DNA of 32,000 bases from Psychrobacter cryohalolentis K5 (lineage in GTDB: Bacteria > Pseudomonadota > Gammaproteobacteria > Pseudomonadales > Moraxellaceae), in contig NC_007969.1 in NCBI RefSeq assembly GCF_000013905.1, forward strand, positions 1,200,001 through 1,232,000. Reading direction: 5' to 3'. The notes below the pieces were generated by a model. The model was not told where the DNA came from and ran no database searches. It saw nothing but the letters and a program-made list of their open reading frames with translations. The translations under genes and the position numbers were made by a program. Positions 10,638-18,994 of this stretch are shown here, piece by piece. The first letter of the stretch is position 1, and every line of letters begins with the position of its first letter.

Positions 10638-10843
10638 AATTGTCCCTGTTTATTGTTGAAAGTTATTATTGAGGTTTATTATTAAAGCCTATCAGTACTG
10701 TGTTGCAGTCGGTATTGAAAATTATTAACGCTAAAAAACCGACTGCTGACAGTATTCATCTTTTAAGAATGACTTTCAGTAGCTGTCTTAACAAGTTATG
10801 TTGTTAACTGGTTATTTTCATGATTTTTTATGTTAGCTATCCG

Positions 10844-11893
10844 TTATTGAACGTCAGCCACTTTAATCACTGTCTTACCAAAGTTTTTGCCATCAAGCAT
10901 GTCAAAGAAAGCTTGTGGTGCTTGGGCTAAACCATCGACTTGATGCTCTTTGGTTTTAACATCACCTGATTCAAGCCATTTGCTCATCGTAGCTAAGAAT
11001 TCTGGGAAATGATCGCCGTATTCTTCAAAGATAATAAAGCCTTTTATGGTTAGACGTTTGCTTAAAATATTACCCATCAGGACACCCAAACGGTCTTTAC
11101 CGTCCGGCAATTCAGTGGCGTTATATTGTGATACCAAGCCACATACTGGAATACGTGCGTGGGCGTTTAATAGTGGCAATACGCCATCAAAGACTTTACC
11201 ACCGACGTTTTCGTAATAAATGTCGATACCATTTGGGCAAGCGATTGCTAGTTGTTCAGCAAAGTCATCGGCTTTATGATCAAGACAAACATCAAAGCCT
11301 AGTTCTTCAACTGCGTAAGCACACTTCTCAGCACCGCCAGCGACGCCAACAGTACGTAAGCCTAATTGATTACCGACTTGTCCAACAGTTGCACCAACAG
11401 GACCCGTTGCCGCCGCGACAACTAAGGTCTCGCCTTTTTTTGGTTTACCGATATCAGTCAAACCCATGTAACCTGTGAAGCCGGGCATACCAAGCACACC
11501 CAAGCCATAAGAAGGGTTTGCCATGTTTTTATCGAGTTTTAGGACGCCTTCGCCATCGCTGACGCTATAGTCCTGCCAGCCCGAGTTCGATACTACCAAA
11601 TCACCGACTGCAAATGTATCGATATTAGACTCGACGACTTGGGCAACCGTTCCGCCTAGCATGACATCGCCAATTTCTAATGGGTCGGCGTAGCTTGCGG
11701 CATCACTCATACGTCCGCGCATATAAGGGTCAAGCGATAAATATACGGTGCGTAATAGCATTTCGCTTTGATTGGGTTTTGGAATATCGCCAGTAGCCAA
11801 TTCAAAATTATCGGCAGTTGGTGCGCCATGTGGGCGGCTGGCAAGTTTGATTTGACGATTTTGTTGTGGATTTTGTTGTTCGTTAAAGCTCAT
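10844..11893 (-). CDS. curA: NADPH-dependent enone/alkenal reductase (CurA/YncB-like MDR)
   Basis: 349 aa. Long collinear matches to E. coli CurA as I remember it: LASRPHGAP, LLRTVYLSLDPYMRGRMSD, GVLGMPGFTGYMGL, GETLVVAAATGPVGATVGQ, VGVAGGAEKC, GIDIYYENVGGKVFD and ARIPVCGLVSQYNATELP. Confidence 0.9.
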   Translation of the reverse strand: MSFNEQQNPQQNRQIKLASRPHGAPTADNFELATGDIPKPNQSEMLLRTVYLSLDPYMRGRMSDAASYADPLEIGDVMLGGTVAQVVESNIDTFAVGDLVVSNSGWQDYSVSDGEGVLKLDKNMANPSYGLGVLGMPGFTGYMGLTDIGKPKKGETLVVAAATGPVGATVGQVGNQLGLRTVGVAGGAEKCAYAVEELGFDVCLDHKADDFAEQLAIACPNGIDIYYENVGGKVFDGVLPLLNAHARIPVCGLVSQYNATELPDGKDRLGVLMGNILSKRLTIKGFIIFEEYGDHFPEFLATMSKWLESGDVKTKEHQVDGLAQAPQAFFDMLDGKNFGKTVIKVADVQ

Positions 11894-12005
11894 GATAAAG
11901 CGCCTTATTTTATTTATTTTTGATTTTAAAGTTACCCGCCACTCTGAAGTGACAGGCTAGTGGTTTCTATAACGACAATATAACTATAGATAATTACTCA
12001 GAGAG

Positions 12006-13226
12006 TTAAGCGTTGCTAGTAATGGCACGCTCTAGAATACGACGTGATACTGCCAAGTCGTTTTTACCATGCTCACCCAATTTCACCATACCATGCACTT
12101 CTAATTGCTTGATAATAGGATCAATGGCAGCAGCATCTAACTCGACATCTGCTAAGCTGACCGGCAGTCCAAGCTCGCGGAAGAAGTTTTCAGTCTGTTT
12201 AATAGCGGTTTCAATGATGGCATCATCATTTAATTCAGTACCATTATCGTCAGCTTCGATGTTCCAAACGTTGCGTGCATATTGAAGCAATTTGTCTTTT
12301 TTACTGTCTTTAAGCTCACGCATGACTGATGGCAATACGATGGTCAGCGTGCGAGCATGGTCAATCGCGTGCAATGAGGTCAACTCATGACCAATCATAT
12401 GCGTCGTCCAATCTTGCGGTACACCAGTACCGATCAGACCATTTAGCGCCATAGTTGCCGTCCACATGATGTTTTTGCGGGTCTCTAAATTCTCTGGATC
12501 GGCTTTTACCGCTGCGCCTTCCTCAATCAGAATCTTTAATAAGCTCTCAGCAAAGGCATCTTGAACTTTCGCATTGACCGGATAGGTCAGGTACTGTTCC
12601 ATCACATGAACAAAGGCATCAGCCACACCATTCATTACTTGGCGTTCAGGTAAAGTCATAGTTTTGGTTGGATCTAAAATTGAAAATTTAGGGAAGGCAA
12701 GTGCATTACCAAACGGCAGTTTTGCTTGGCGTTCACTATAGTTAATCACGCCGCCTGAATTCATCTCAGAGCCAGTCGCTGGAATGGTTAATACCGCGCC
12801 CAAATCAACTGCTGAATCGATCTCCCTGCAATAACTGGTGAGCGCATCCCATGCTTTATCGCGTGATACCGTACCATCTTTTTCAGTCAATGATGATACC
12901 AGTGCGACAAACTTACTGCCGTCAAGCACAGAGCCACCACCAACGGCTAATAAGAAGTCAATATTGTGCTCATTGACCATATCAGCAGCTTTTAGCAAGG
13001 TAGTAAATTCTGGATTGGCTTCAATACCACCAAACTCGAATATTTCGCGATTGCCACTGGCAGCTAATGCCGTTTTAACTTCATCTAACGTACCTGTACG
13101 TTGTGCTGAACTGCCACCATAGGTAATCAGGACACGAGCTTCTGCCGGTACAAGCTCAGCCAACTTCTCGATTTGACCTTCACCAAAGACGATACGGACG
13201 GGATTGTAATATTGAAAGTTATTCAT
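12006..13226 (-). CDS. yqhD: iron-containing alcohol dehydrogenase / NADPH aldehyde reductase (YqhD-like)
   Basis: I trimmed the start to the ATG at 13226. The protein then begins MNNFQYYNPVRIVFGEG, which aligns with the E. coli YqhD N-terminus MNNFNLHTPTRILFGKG. The Fe-ADH nucleotide motif AVGGGSVLDGSKF is present, as are histidines at HMIGHELT. Confidence 0.87.
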   Translation of the reverse strand: MNNFQYYNPVRIVFGEGQIEKLAELVPAEARVLITYGGSSAQRTGTLDEVKTALAASGNREIFEFGGIEANPEFTTLLKAADMVNEHNIDFLLAVGGGSVLDGSKFVALVSSLTEKDGTVSRDKAWDALTSYCREIDSAVDLGAVLTIPATGSEMNSGGVINYSERQAKLPFGNALAFPKFSILDPTKTMTLPERQVMNGVADAFVHVMEQYLTYPVNAKVQDAFAESLLKILIEEGAAVKADPENLETRKNIMWTATMALNGLIGTGVPQDWTTHMIGHELTSLHAIDHARTLTIVLPSVMRELKDSKKDKLLQYARNVWNIEADDNGTELNDDAIIETAIKQTENFFRELGLPVSLADVELDAAAIDPIIKQLEVHGMVKLGEHGKNDLAVSRRILERAITSNA

Positions 13227-13320
13227 AAGATTCCTAATATGTTTTCTGAGTATGAAAAAGAGATTTAAAAACCGAAAATAAAGTCTGCAACTTATTTGCA
13301 TCTGTCCGCATTATATATTA

Positions 13321-13340
13321 ATTAGACCGGTCGTCTAGTA
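13321..13340. promoter_or_regulatory. Operator-like motif A (ATTAGACCGGTCGTCTAGTA) overlapping the predicted yqhD-like promoter
   Basis: It contains the dyad TAGAC-N5-GTCTA and the inner palindrome GACCGGTC. It matches a second copy at 14351-14370 at 18/20 positions. On the minus strand, a -35-like TAGACG (13332-13337) lies inside the motif, 16 nt from a perfect TATAAT (13310-13315). Confidence 0.65.
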
Positions 13341-13576
13341 ATTATAGTAAATAGTTACAAAACTATCGTATAAGTATTTCAGCTGATATTAAGTTAATCG
13401 AATTATTCAGTTGGACTTTTAATAGTAGTAGTTAATATTTTTCCTAAGACAAAATATTAATAAGATATCCTTGTTCAACACTAGTTCATGGTAAGTTAAA
13501 CAAGGAGGAGTAAGACAGAAGGATAGACAAAACGAGAGTTACAGAACGTAAATAGATCGTTTATAAAATGAAAAAA

Positions 13577-14215
13577 CTAGCGACCCATAGCGGTAGTAGT
13601 CATCAGCCATACTTCTGCTAATGGGGTATCCGTTTGACTAATTTTGGTCACTAAGCTGGCACCAAGCCATGCAAAATACCAACGTTTTGCCATACTCTCA
13701 GCCGCTACGTTAGCGGGATGAGGCACAGAACCGTCTGCCCAGCCAGCTTTGATTTGAGTTGCAAGCCATGTAATCGTTTGCTGATAGCCCGCATATAGGA
13801 CTTTACGCATTGGCTCCGACATATCTGACACTTCAGCGCTAAGCTTTACCACCAAACATTTCTCATGAGCGCAGCCGCTTTGCTGTGTGTCATACCAGTT
13901 TTGGAAATAGTTATACAATTTCTGCTGGGCACTAACATCTTGTGAACCAATAGTATCAAGGCGCTGCTTATACTGGGTAAAGTAGTGGCTGATAATCGCC
14001 TCGCCAAAGGCTTCTTTTGACGCAAAATAATGATAAAAAGAGCCTTTCGGCACGCCTGCCGTATCTAATATTTGCTTAATGCCAACTGCGGTAAAGCCTT
14101 TTTGTGCGATGAGCTTATAGCCCGTCGTTAACAGATGGTCTCTAGTGTTTGATAGTGCAATATTAGATAGCGAATTATCTGGTTGAGTATGTTTTATAGA
14201 ATTGGGTATAGACAT
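13577..14215 (-). CDS. TetR/AcrR family transcriptional regulator
   Basis: 212 aa. The N-terminal HTH reads LLTTGYKLIAQKGFTAVGIKQILDTAGVPKGSFYHYFASKEAF, followed by a helical ligand-binding domain. Confidence 0.9.
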   Translation of the reverse strand: MSIPNSIKHTQPDNSLSNIALSNTRDHLLTTGYKLIAQKGFTAVGIKQILDTAGVPKGSFYHYFASKEAFGEAIISHYFTQYKQRLDTIGSQDVSAQQKLYNYFQNWYDTQQSGCAHEKCLVVKLSAEVSDMSEPMRKVLYAGYQQTITWLATQIKAGWADGSVPHPANVAAESMAKRWYFAWLGASLVTKISQTDTPLAEVWLMTTTAMGR

Positions 14216-14283
14216 GTGACTTATGTTCTCCTTAGAGAGACTAATTATTTAAGATGATTTAACAAATTTATAAGTATTGATTG

Positions 14284-14299
14284 GCAAGTTACGTTTGTT
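14284..14299. repeat. 16-bp direct repeat, copy 1 (GCAAGTTACGTTTGTT)
   Basis: It is identical to the copy at 14368-14383. This copy runs into the palindrome GTTTGTT-C-AACAAAC (14293-14307). Confidence 0.8.
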
Positions 14300-14350
14300 C
14301 AACAAACAACAGGTTTAAAAGATTCTAATTTTTATAGCGTTTATGTTAGC

Positions 14351-14370
14351 ATTAGACCAGTCGTCTAGCA
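14351..14370. promoter_or_regulatory. Operator-like motif B (ATTAGACCAGTCGTCTAGCA) in the tetR / aldehyde dehydrogenase divergent promoter region
   Basis: It matches motif A at 18/20 positions and has the same TAGAC-N5-GTCTA dyad. It lies between the divergent TetR gene (start 14215) and the aldehyde dehydrogenase gene (start 14492). Confidence 0.65.
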
Positions 14371-14383
14371 AGTTACGTTTGTT
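14368..14383. repeat. 16-bp direct repeat, copy 2 (GCAAGTTACGTTTGTT)
   Basis: It is identical to the copy at 14284-14299 and overlaps the 3' edge of operator-like motif B. Confidence 0.8.
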
Positions 14384-14491
14384 ATCGTATGCTGCTATTG
14401 CTTATTAAACATGTTACGGAATCTGATAGACGGCCATGATACGTTATAGCCACACTCTAATAATATTATTAAATAAAAAATAGGAACCATT

Positions 14492-15982
14492 ATGTCAACA
14501 GAAACTAAAAATACGCAGGTAAATGTTTATACAGATTTTCATTTGCAATATATATCAGGCGAATGGAAAAAGGGTGATGACGATAGTATCAATACCAATA
14601 CCAATCCGTTTAACGGTGAAACCTTGGTTGAGATTCAACAAGCAACGGATAAACAACTTGATGAAGCTTATCAAGCGGCAAGCGAGGCGCAAAAACAGTG
14701 GGCAAAGCAAACTCCGAACGAACGTGCCGCTATCCTTTATAAAGTCGTTAGTATCTTTGATCAGCGTCAAGATGAGATTGTCGATTGGCTAATCAAAGAG
14801 TCGGGCAGTACCCGTATTAAGGCGATGGTCGAGTTTAGCAGTGCGCGGGCGATTACCCTTGAAGCCGCAAGCTTTCCCAATCGCGTCCATGGTGAGATTC
14901 GCCCGTCGAACACACCGGGTAAAGAAAACTTTATCTATCGTGAACCGATGGGTGTGATTGCCGTGATTAGCCCATGGAACTTTCCACTACATCTAACCCA
15001 GCGCTCTATTGCGCCAGCATTGGCACTAGGGAATGCCGTAGTGTTAAAGCCTGCTAGTGATACACCGATTACCGGTGGGTTGCTGCTTGCGAAAATATTT
15101 GAAGAAGCCGGTTTGCCAAAAGGATTATTAAACGTTGTCGTTGGTAGCGGTAGTGAAATTGGCGATGCGATAGTCACCCATCATGTTCCGAGTTTGGTTT
15201 CCTTCACCGGCTCAACCTCTGTAGGTAAGCATATCGGTGAGTTGGCAAATGGCGGCGACTATATCAAGCAAGTGGCGTTAGAGCTAGGCGGTAACAGCCC
15301 ATTTGTCGTGCTAAAAGACGCTGATATTGAGCAAGCCGTAAAAGCTGCTGCCTTTGGTAAATTCTTGCATCAAGGTCAGATCTGTATTGCGATTAACCGT
15401 ATCATTGTCGAAGATGAGATTTATGACGATTTCGTTACGCGTTTTGTGGCCCACGTTAAGACCTTGAATGTTGGCGATCCTAGCAAAATTGATACGGCAG
15501 TTGGTCCGATTATTAATAAAAAACAAGTTGAGTCGCTAAAAGAAAAAATCGCTAAAGCGCAAGATGAAGGCGCAAAAATGCTATTAAGTGGTGAGATAAA
15601 AGGTCAAGTGGTGCCACCGCACGTCTTTAGTGACGTCACACGTGAGATGGATTTATCTTGCAATGAAGTATTTGGTCCTTTGGTTGGTATTATTCGTGCC
15701 AAAGATGAAGACGATGCGCTGTCGATTGCTAATGACTCTATGTATGGCTTATCGAGTGCAGTGTTTACCCAGGATATGGCAACAGGCTTGCGTTTTGCTC
15801 GCGGTATCAAAGCTGGCATGACCCATATTAATGATATCTCAGTGAATGATGAAAGCAACGCGCCATTTGGCGGCGAGAAAAACTCGGGTATCGGACGCTT
15901 TAATGGTGAATGGATACTAGAAGAGTTTACTACCTTGCATTGGATTTCAGTGCAGCATACGCCGCGCGATTATCCTTTTTAA
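14492..15982 (+). CDS. NAD(P)-dependent aldehyde dehydrogenase
   Basis: 496 aa. ALDH hallmarks are present: SPWNFP, FTGST, the catalytic Glu in ELGGNSP, and the catalytic Cys in GQICIA. An AGGAA RBS is present. Confidence 0.93.
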   Translation: MSTETKNTQVNVYTDFHLQYISGEWKKGDDDSINTNTNPFNGETLVEIQQATDKQLDEAYQAASEAQKQWAKQTPNERAAILYKVVSIFDQRQDEIVDWLIKESGSTRIKAMVEFSSARAITLEAASFPNRVHGEIRPSNTPGKENFIYREPMGVIAVISPWNFPLHLTQRSIAPALALGNAVVLKPASDTPITGGLLLAKIFEEAGLPKGLLNVVVGSGSEIGDAIVTHHVPSLVSFTGSTSVGKHIGELANGGDYIKQVALELGGNSPFVVLKDADIEQAVKAAAFGKFLHQGQICIAINRIIVEDEIYDDFVTRFVAHVKTLNVGDPSKIDTAVGPIINKKQVESLKEKIAKAQDEGAKMLLSGEIKGQVVPPHVFSDVTREMDLSCNEVFGPLVGIIRAKDEDDALSIANDSMYGLSSAVFTQDMATGLRFARGIKAGMTHINDISVNDESNAPFGGEKNSGIGRFNGEWILEEFTTLHWISVQHTPRDYPF

Positions 15983-16056
15983 GCGTTTTGTTTAGCTGCC
16001 TAATTTGACATGTTTTTTAAACGTTTATTGTTAAAGCTCTAATTTGATGTGTTAAT

Positions 16057-16087
16057 AAAAAAGACTGCCTATAGGGCAGTCTTTTTT
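16057..16087. terminator. Bidirectional rho-independent terminator
   Basis: AAAAAGACTGCC-TATAG-GGCAGTCTTTTTT is a GC-containing stem flanked by an A-run and a T-run. It lies between the convergent aldehyde dehydrogenase gene and the 79-aa ORF. Confidence 0.85.
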
Positions 16088-16112
16088 GTGCAGTCATAAG
16101 AATCTTATTTTC

Positions 16113-16352
16113 TCATTTAGCATGAAAGCCTAATAGCCCTTGTATTTCTTCAATAGTCATATGTCTGATAAGCGCTTGTTCCTCAACGGTTAAGCGATTC
16201 GTATGTTCTTTTAACATGCTATAAAGACTGCGTGCAATCTCAGATGTCGTGGCGTAATACATCTGCGGTTCTTCTTTGGTCAGTTTTATCAAAAATTTAT
16301 CAATTAATTTGCGTTTGTGAGTAGCAGCATTTTCTTCGGTTTTTTCAGTCAT
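16113..16352 (-). CDS. hypothetical small protein (79 aa)
   Basis: A strong AGGAG RBS lies 6 nt upstream of the ATG, and the terminator above lies just downstream. The protein is predicted helical. I recognise no family. Confidence 0.5.
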   Translation of the reverse strand: MTEKTEENAATHKRKLIDKFLIKLTKEEPQMYYATTSEIARSLYSMLKEHTNRLTVEEQALIRHMTIEEIQGLLGFHAK

Positions 16353-16555
16353 GATATTCTCCTAGGGATAAATCATTTAAGCAGTCGGCTTACTGATAGT
16401 CAATGAGTGTATTGAAAGTGGTGAAGCGTCAAGTAGGGTTGAATCTATCTGTAAGCTGCCCTAGATTGTCTTACTTATCTAAGACAGCCCCTAAAATTAT
16501 TATCTTACTTTATAATGAATGGCACGCTAAACCATATCAAAGGTAATATCCTATA

Positions 16556-18757
16556 ATGACCACGACCATTTTTGCTACCCACCATTATAATTATCCGCAA
16601 AATTTTATCGAGATGAAACCCAAGATCACGCGGCTTAAGCAGGCAATTAAGAAGCTCGAAGCCAATCTGATAAATGCGGATGCTGAGGTATTAGCGCAAA
16701 GGCTTGCCAGTCATTTAGGGTTGCAAGTAGATTATGCCAGTGAGCTTAATGCCAATCAGCTATTGGCCGCCACGACTATTGAGGGCAAGGTATTGGTGAT
16801 CGCCGGTGCCGGTTCTGGCAAAACCAAAACTCTGACTTATAGAACCAGTTACTTGATAGAAAATGGCGTGTCGCCAAAAGAGATTTTACTATTAACCTTT
16901 ACTCGTAAAGCAGCCAACGAAATCAAAGGTCGTGCTAGAGCTTTGCTAGCAAGCACACCATCTTTTGCCCAAAGGTTAAATGAGGATTTGGTAGAAGATA
17001 AATTGCCAAAAAATAAAGCCCTGAATGACATTACCAGTGGCACCTTCCATTCTTTTTGTAATATGCTATTGCGTCAGTACTCAGGTCTGCTTGGTATTAA
17101 TCCGAGATTTACCATTCTAGATACAGGCGACAGTGAAGACGCTATCGATTTAATTCATAAGGAAAAAAAGTATCCGACCAAAATAACCAATCAGGCATTT
17201 CCGCGCAAAAAAACGTTGCAAAACATATTTTCAACCTCTAGAAATCGCCGTATTCATATCCGCGATTTAATCGAAAACAGCTATCCTGATATTGCTGTCC
17301 ATATTCCTGTTATTGAACAATTGGCCATTGACTTTCATGAGTATAAGCGTGCCAATCATTTATACGATTTTGATGACATCATTAGCCAAGTGGTGCGTCA
17401 TTTAAAGCATAATGATACTTTTCGTCAGCTATTACAAAATCAATATCGCTATATCATGGTCGATGAATATCAAGACACCAATATTCCGCAAAAAGAGCTG
17501 ATTGATCTCATCTGTGCGCCTACGTCAGTGTCGCTGATGGTCGTCGGTGATGACAACCAAAGTATTTATGCCTTTCGCGGCGCCAATTATGAAAATATCT
17601 TATTATTCGGAGAGGGTTACCCTGAAGCTAAGCTGATTAAACTTGAGCAAAACTATCGTAGTACGCCAGCAGTGCTTGATTATATCAATGCTCTGTCTGC
17701 TCAGATCACCTTGGGTTACCAAAAGCAGCTGTACTCTGGGGTTTCTATAGAAGGCGTAAAACCAATATTTCGCCGACTTAGCGATGAAAGCCGCGAGGCA
17801 AAGTATATTGCTGATAGAATTATCGAATTAAAACCAGACCATGATTATCAAGACTTTGCGGTATTGTGCCGAACCTCCTTTCAATCCAACTACGTCCAGC
17901 TAGAATTCATGGAGCGCAATATCCCGTTTATTGTCGTAGGCGGTATTCGTTTTATTGAAAGACGCCATATCAAAGACGTCTTAGCATTTGTCAAAATACT
18001 TTATAACCCGAATGATACCATTGCATGGCACCGTATTTTGACCTTATTTAAAGGCGTGGGGTCGGTAACTGCCACGCGCTTAACCCAAGCAATCAATGCT
18101 GACGATAACTCTTTTGAGCCGTTATTAACAACAAAGTTTGCCAAAAAAAGCACGCAACTTGAGCCGCTGTATAAAATGCTAAGTCAAGCCAGTCAAGCAG
18201 AGTCGGTCGAAGCCATTATCGAGCTGATTCTAGATTTTTATATGCCCGTTTTAAAAATCAATGAAGACAATTGGCGTGAGCGTAGCGAAGATTTTCGTGT
18301 GCTCAAAAATCTAGCGTTAGAGCATGATAGCCTAGATAAATTTTTAGAAAATCTGGCACTTGATCCACCTAATGACTCGGTTGCCACTGCAGGTGAGCCT
18401 GAAAAAGGCGAAGAAGGTATCGACAAAAACAGGAACAAAGTGACCATTTCGACCATTCATAGTGCCAAAGGACTTGAATGGCCAGTGGTATTTGTTAATT
18501 CATTGGTAGATGGTATGACGCCGCATTACCGCTCACTAAGCGATTTTGAGGAATTAGAAGAGGAGCGTAAGCTGTTTTATGTTGCTTGTAGTCGTGCTAA
18601 AAGCAGGCTGTTTTTAACTGCGCCCGATTATTTTTCGAGCTATTCAGGCTATTTTGATAAAGTGTCACGGTTTATCGCTGAAGTACCTGCTGATAAGATA
18701 ACGGTGCTAACGGTAAAACAGCCTTTAGAAGAGAGTGATGATCCAGTTTGGTGGTGA
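16556..18757 (+). CDS. UvrD/Rep/PcrA-family (SF1A) ATP-dependent DNA helicase
   Basis: 733 aa. The helicase motifs are present: motif I AGAGSGKT, Ia LLLTFTRKAA, TFHSFC, motif II MVDEYQDTN, motif III VVGDDNQSIYAFRGA, motif IV EQNYRS, GGIRFIERRHIKD, motif V TIHSAKGLEW, and motif VI YVACSRAKSRLFLT. The start is uncertain (ATG at 16556 or 16613). Confidence 0.9.
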   Translation: MTTTIFATHHYNYPQNFIEMKPKITRLKQAIKKLEANLINADAEVLAQRLASHLGLQVDYASELNANQLLAATTIEGKVLVIAGAGSGKTKTLTYRTSYLIENGVSPKEILLLTFTRKAANEIKGRARALLASTPSFAQRLNEDLVEDKLPKNKALNDITSGTFHSFCNMLLRQYSGLLGINPRFTILDTGDSEDAIDLIHKEKKYPTKITNQAFPRKKTLQNIFSTSRNRRIHIRDLIENSYPDIAVHIPVIEQLAIDFHEYKRANHLYDFDDIISQVVRHLKHNDTFRQLLQNQYRYIMVDEYQDTNIPQKELIDLICAPTSVSLMVVGDDNQSIYAFRGANYENILLFGEGYPEAKLIKLEQNYRSTPAVLDYINALSAQITLGYQKQLYSGVSIEGVKPIFRRLSDESREAKYIADRIIELKPDHDYQDFAVLCRTSFQSNYVQLEFMERNIPFIVVGGIRFIERRHIKDVLAFVKILYNPNDTIAWHRILTLFKGVGSVTATRLTQAINADDNSFEPLLTTKFAKKSTQLEPLYKMLSQASQAESVEAIIELILDFYMPVLKINEDNWRERSEDFRVLKNLALEHDSLDKFLENLALDPPNDSVATAGEPEKGEEGIDKNRNKVTISTIHSAKGLEWPVVFVNSLVDGMTPHYRSLSDFEELEEERKLFYVACSRAKSRLFLTAPDYFSSYSGYFDKVSRFIAEVPADKITVLTVKQPLEESDDPVWW

Positions 18758-18994
18758 TAAAAAATACCATAAAAGCAGGAAAATAGCTTAAAAAATGACT
18801 TTTGTTTTTCATTAGGTTGTTACTATTCCTATCAAAAATACCTTGCATAAAAACATATAACCAAAAGTGTTTATTCGTAAAAATATTTAACAGATAAGGG
18901 TTTAAAAAATCTTTCAATGCGTTACTATGACCACCTTACCCGTTATATTCATCTATTTAACACTCTGTATCAAAGCCATAAAAAGGGATATGTT

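Noticed and set aside
13227-13301. A 25-codon N-terminal extension of the Fe-ADH ORF (MQISCRLYFRFLNLFFILRKHIRNL).
   Set aside because: The extension is hydrophobic and unlike any sequence at the N-terminus of this family. The internal ATG at 13226 gives MNNFQYYNP, which is collinear with the YqhD N-terminus. The predicted promoter at 13310-13337 would also place the transcription start roughly at or just upstream of the 13301 ATG, leaving no room for an RBS. For the same kind of reason I trimmed 18917-18994 (the FAD oxidoreductase then starts at its GxGxxG) and 25017-25064 (the glycerate kinase then starts MKILIAPDSFKESL).
13495-13520. A strong SD-like purine tract, AACAAGGAGGAGTAAGAC, on the plus strand in the tetR-ADH spacer, which could signal an unannotated small ORF.
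   Set aside because: No ATG, GTG or TTG lies within 5-12 nt downstream in any frame, and no open frame follows.
18672-18917. An 81-aa minus-strand ORF overlapping the helicase 3' end. The ORFs at 20483-20827 (-) and 21306-21506 (+) are similar cases.
   Set aside because: They lie antisense to supported genes or sit in AT-rich spacers. Their composition is dominated by F/L/N/K, as expected from AT-rich non-coding frames, and they have no RBS.
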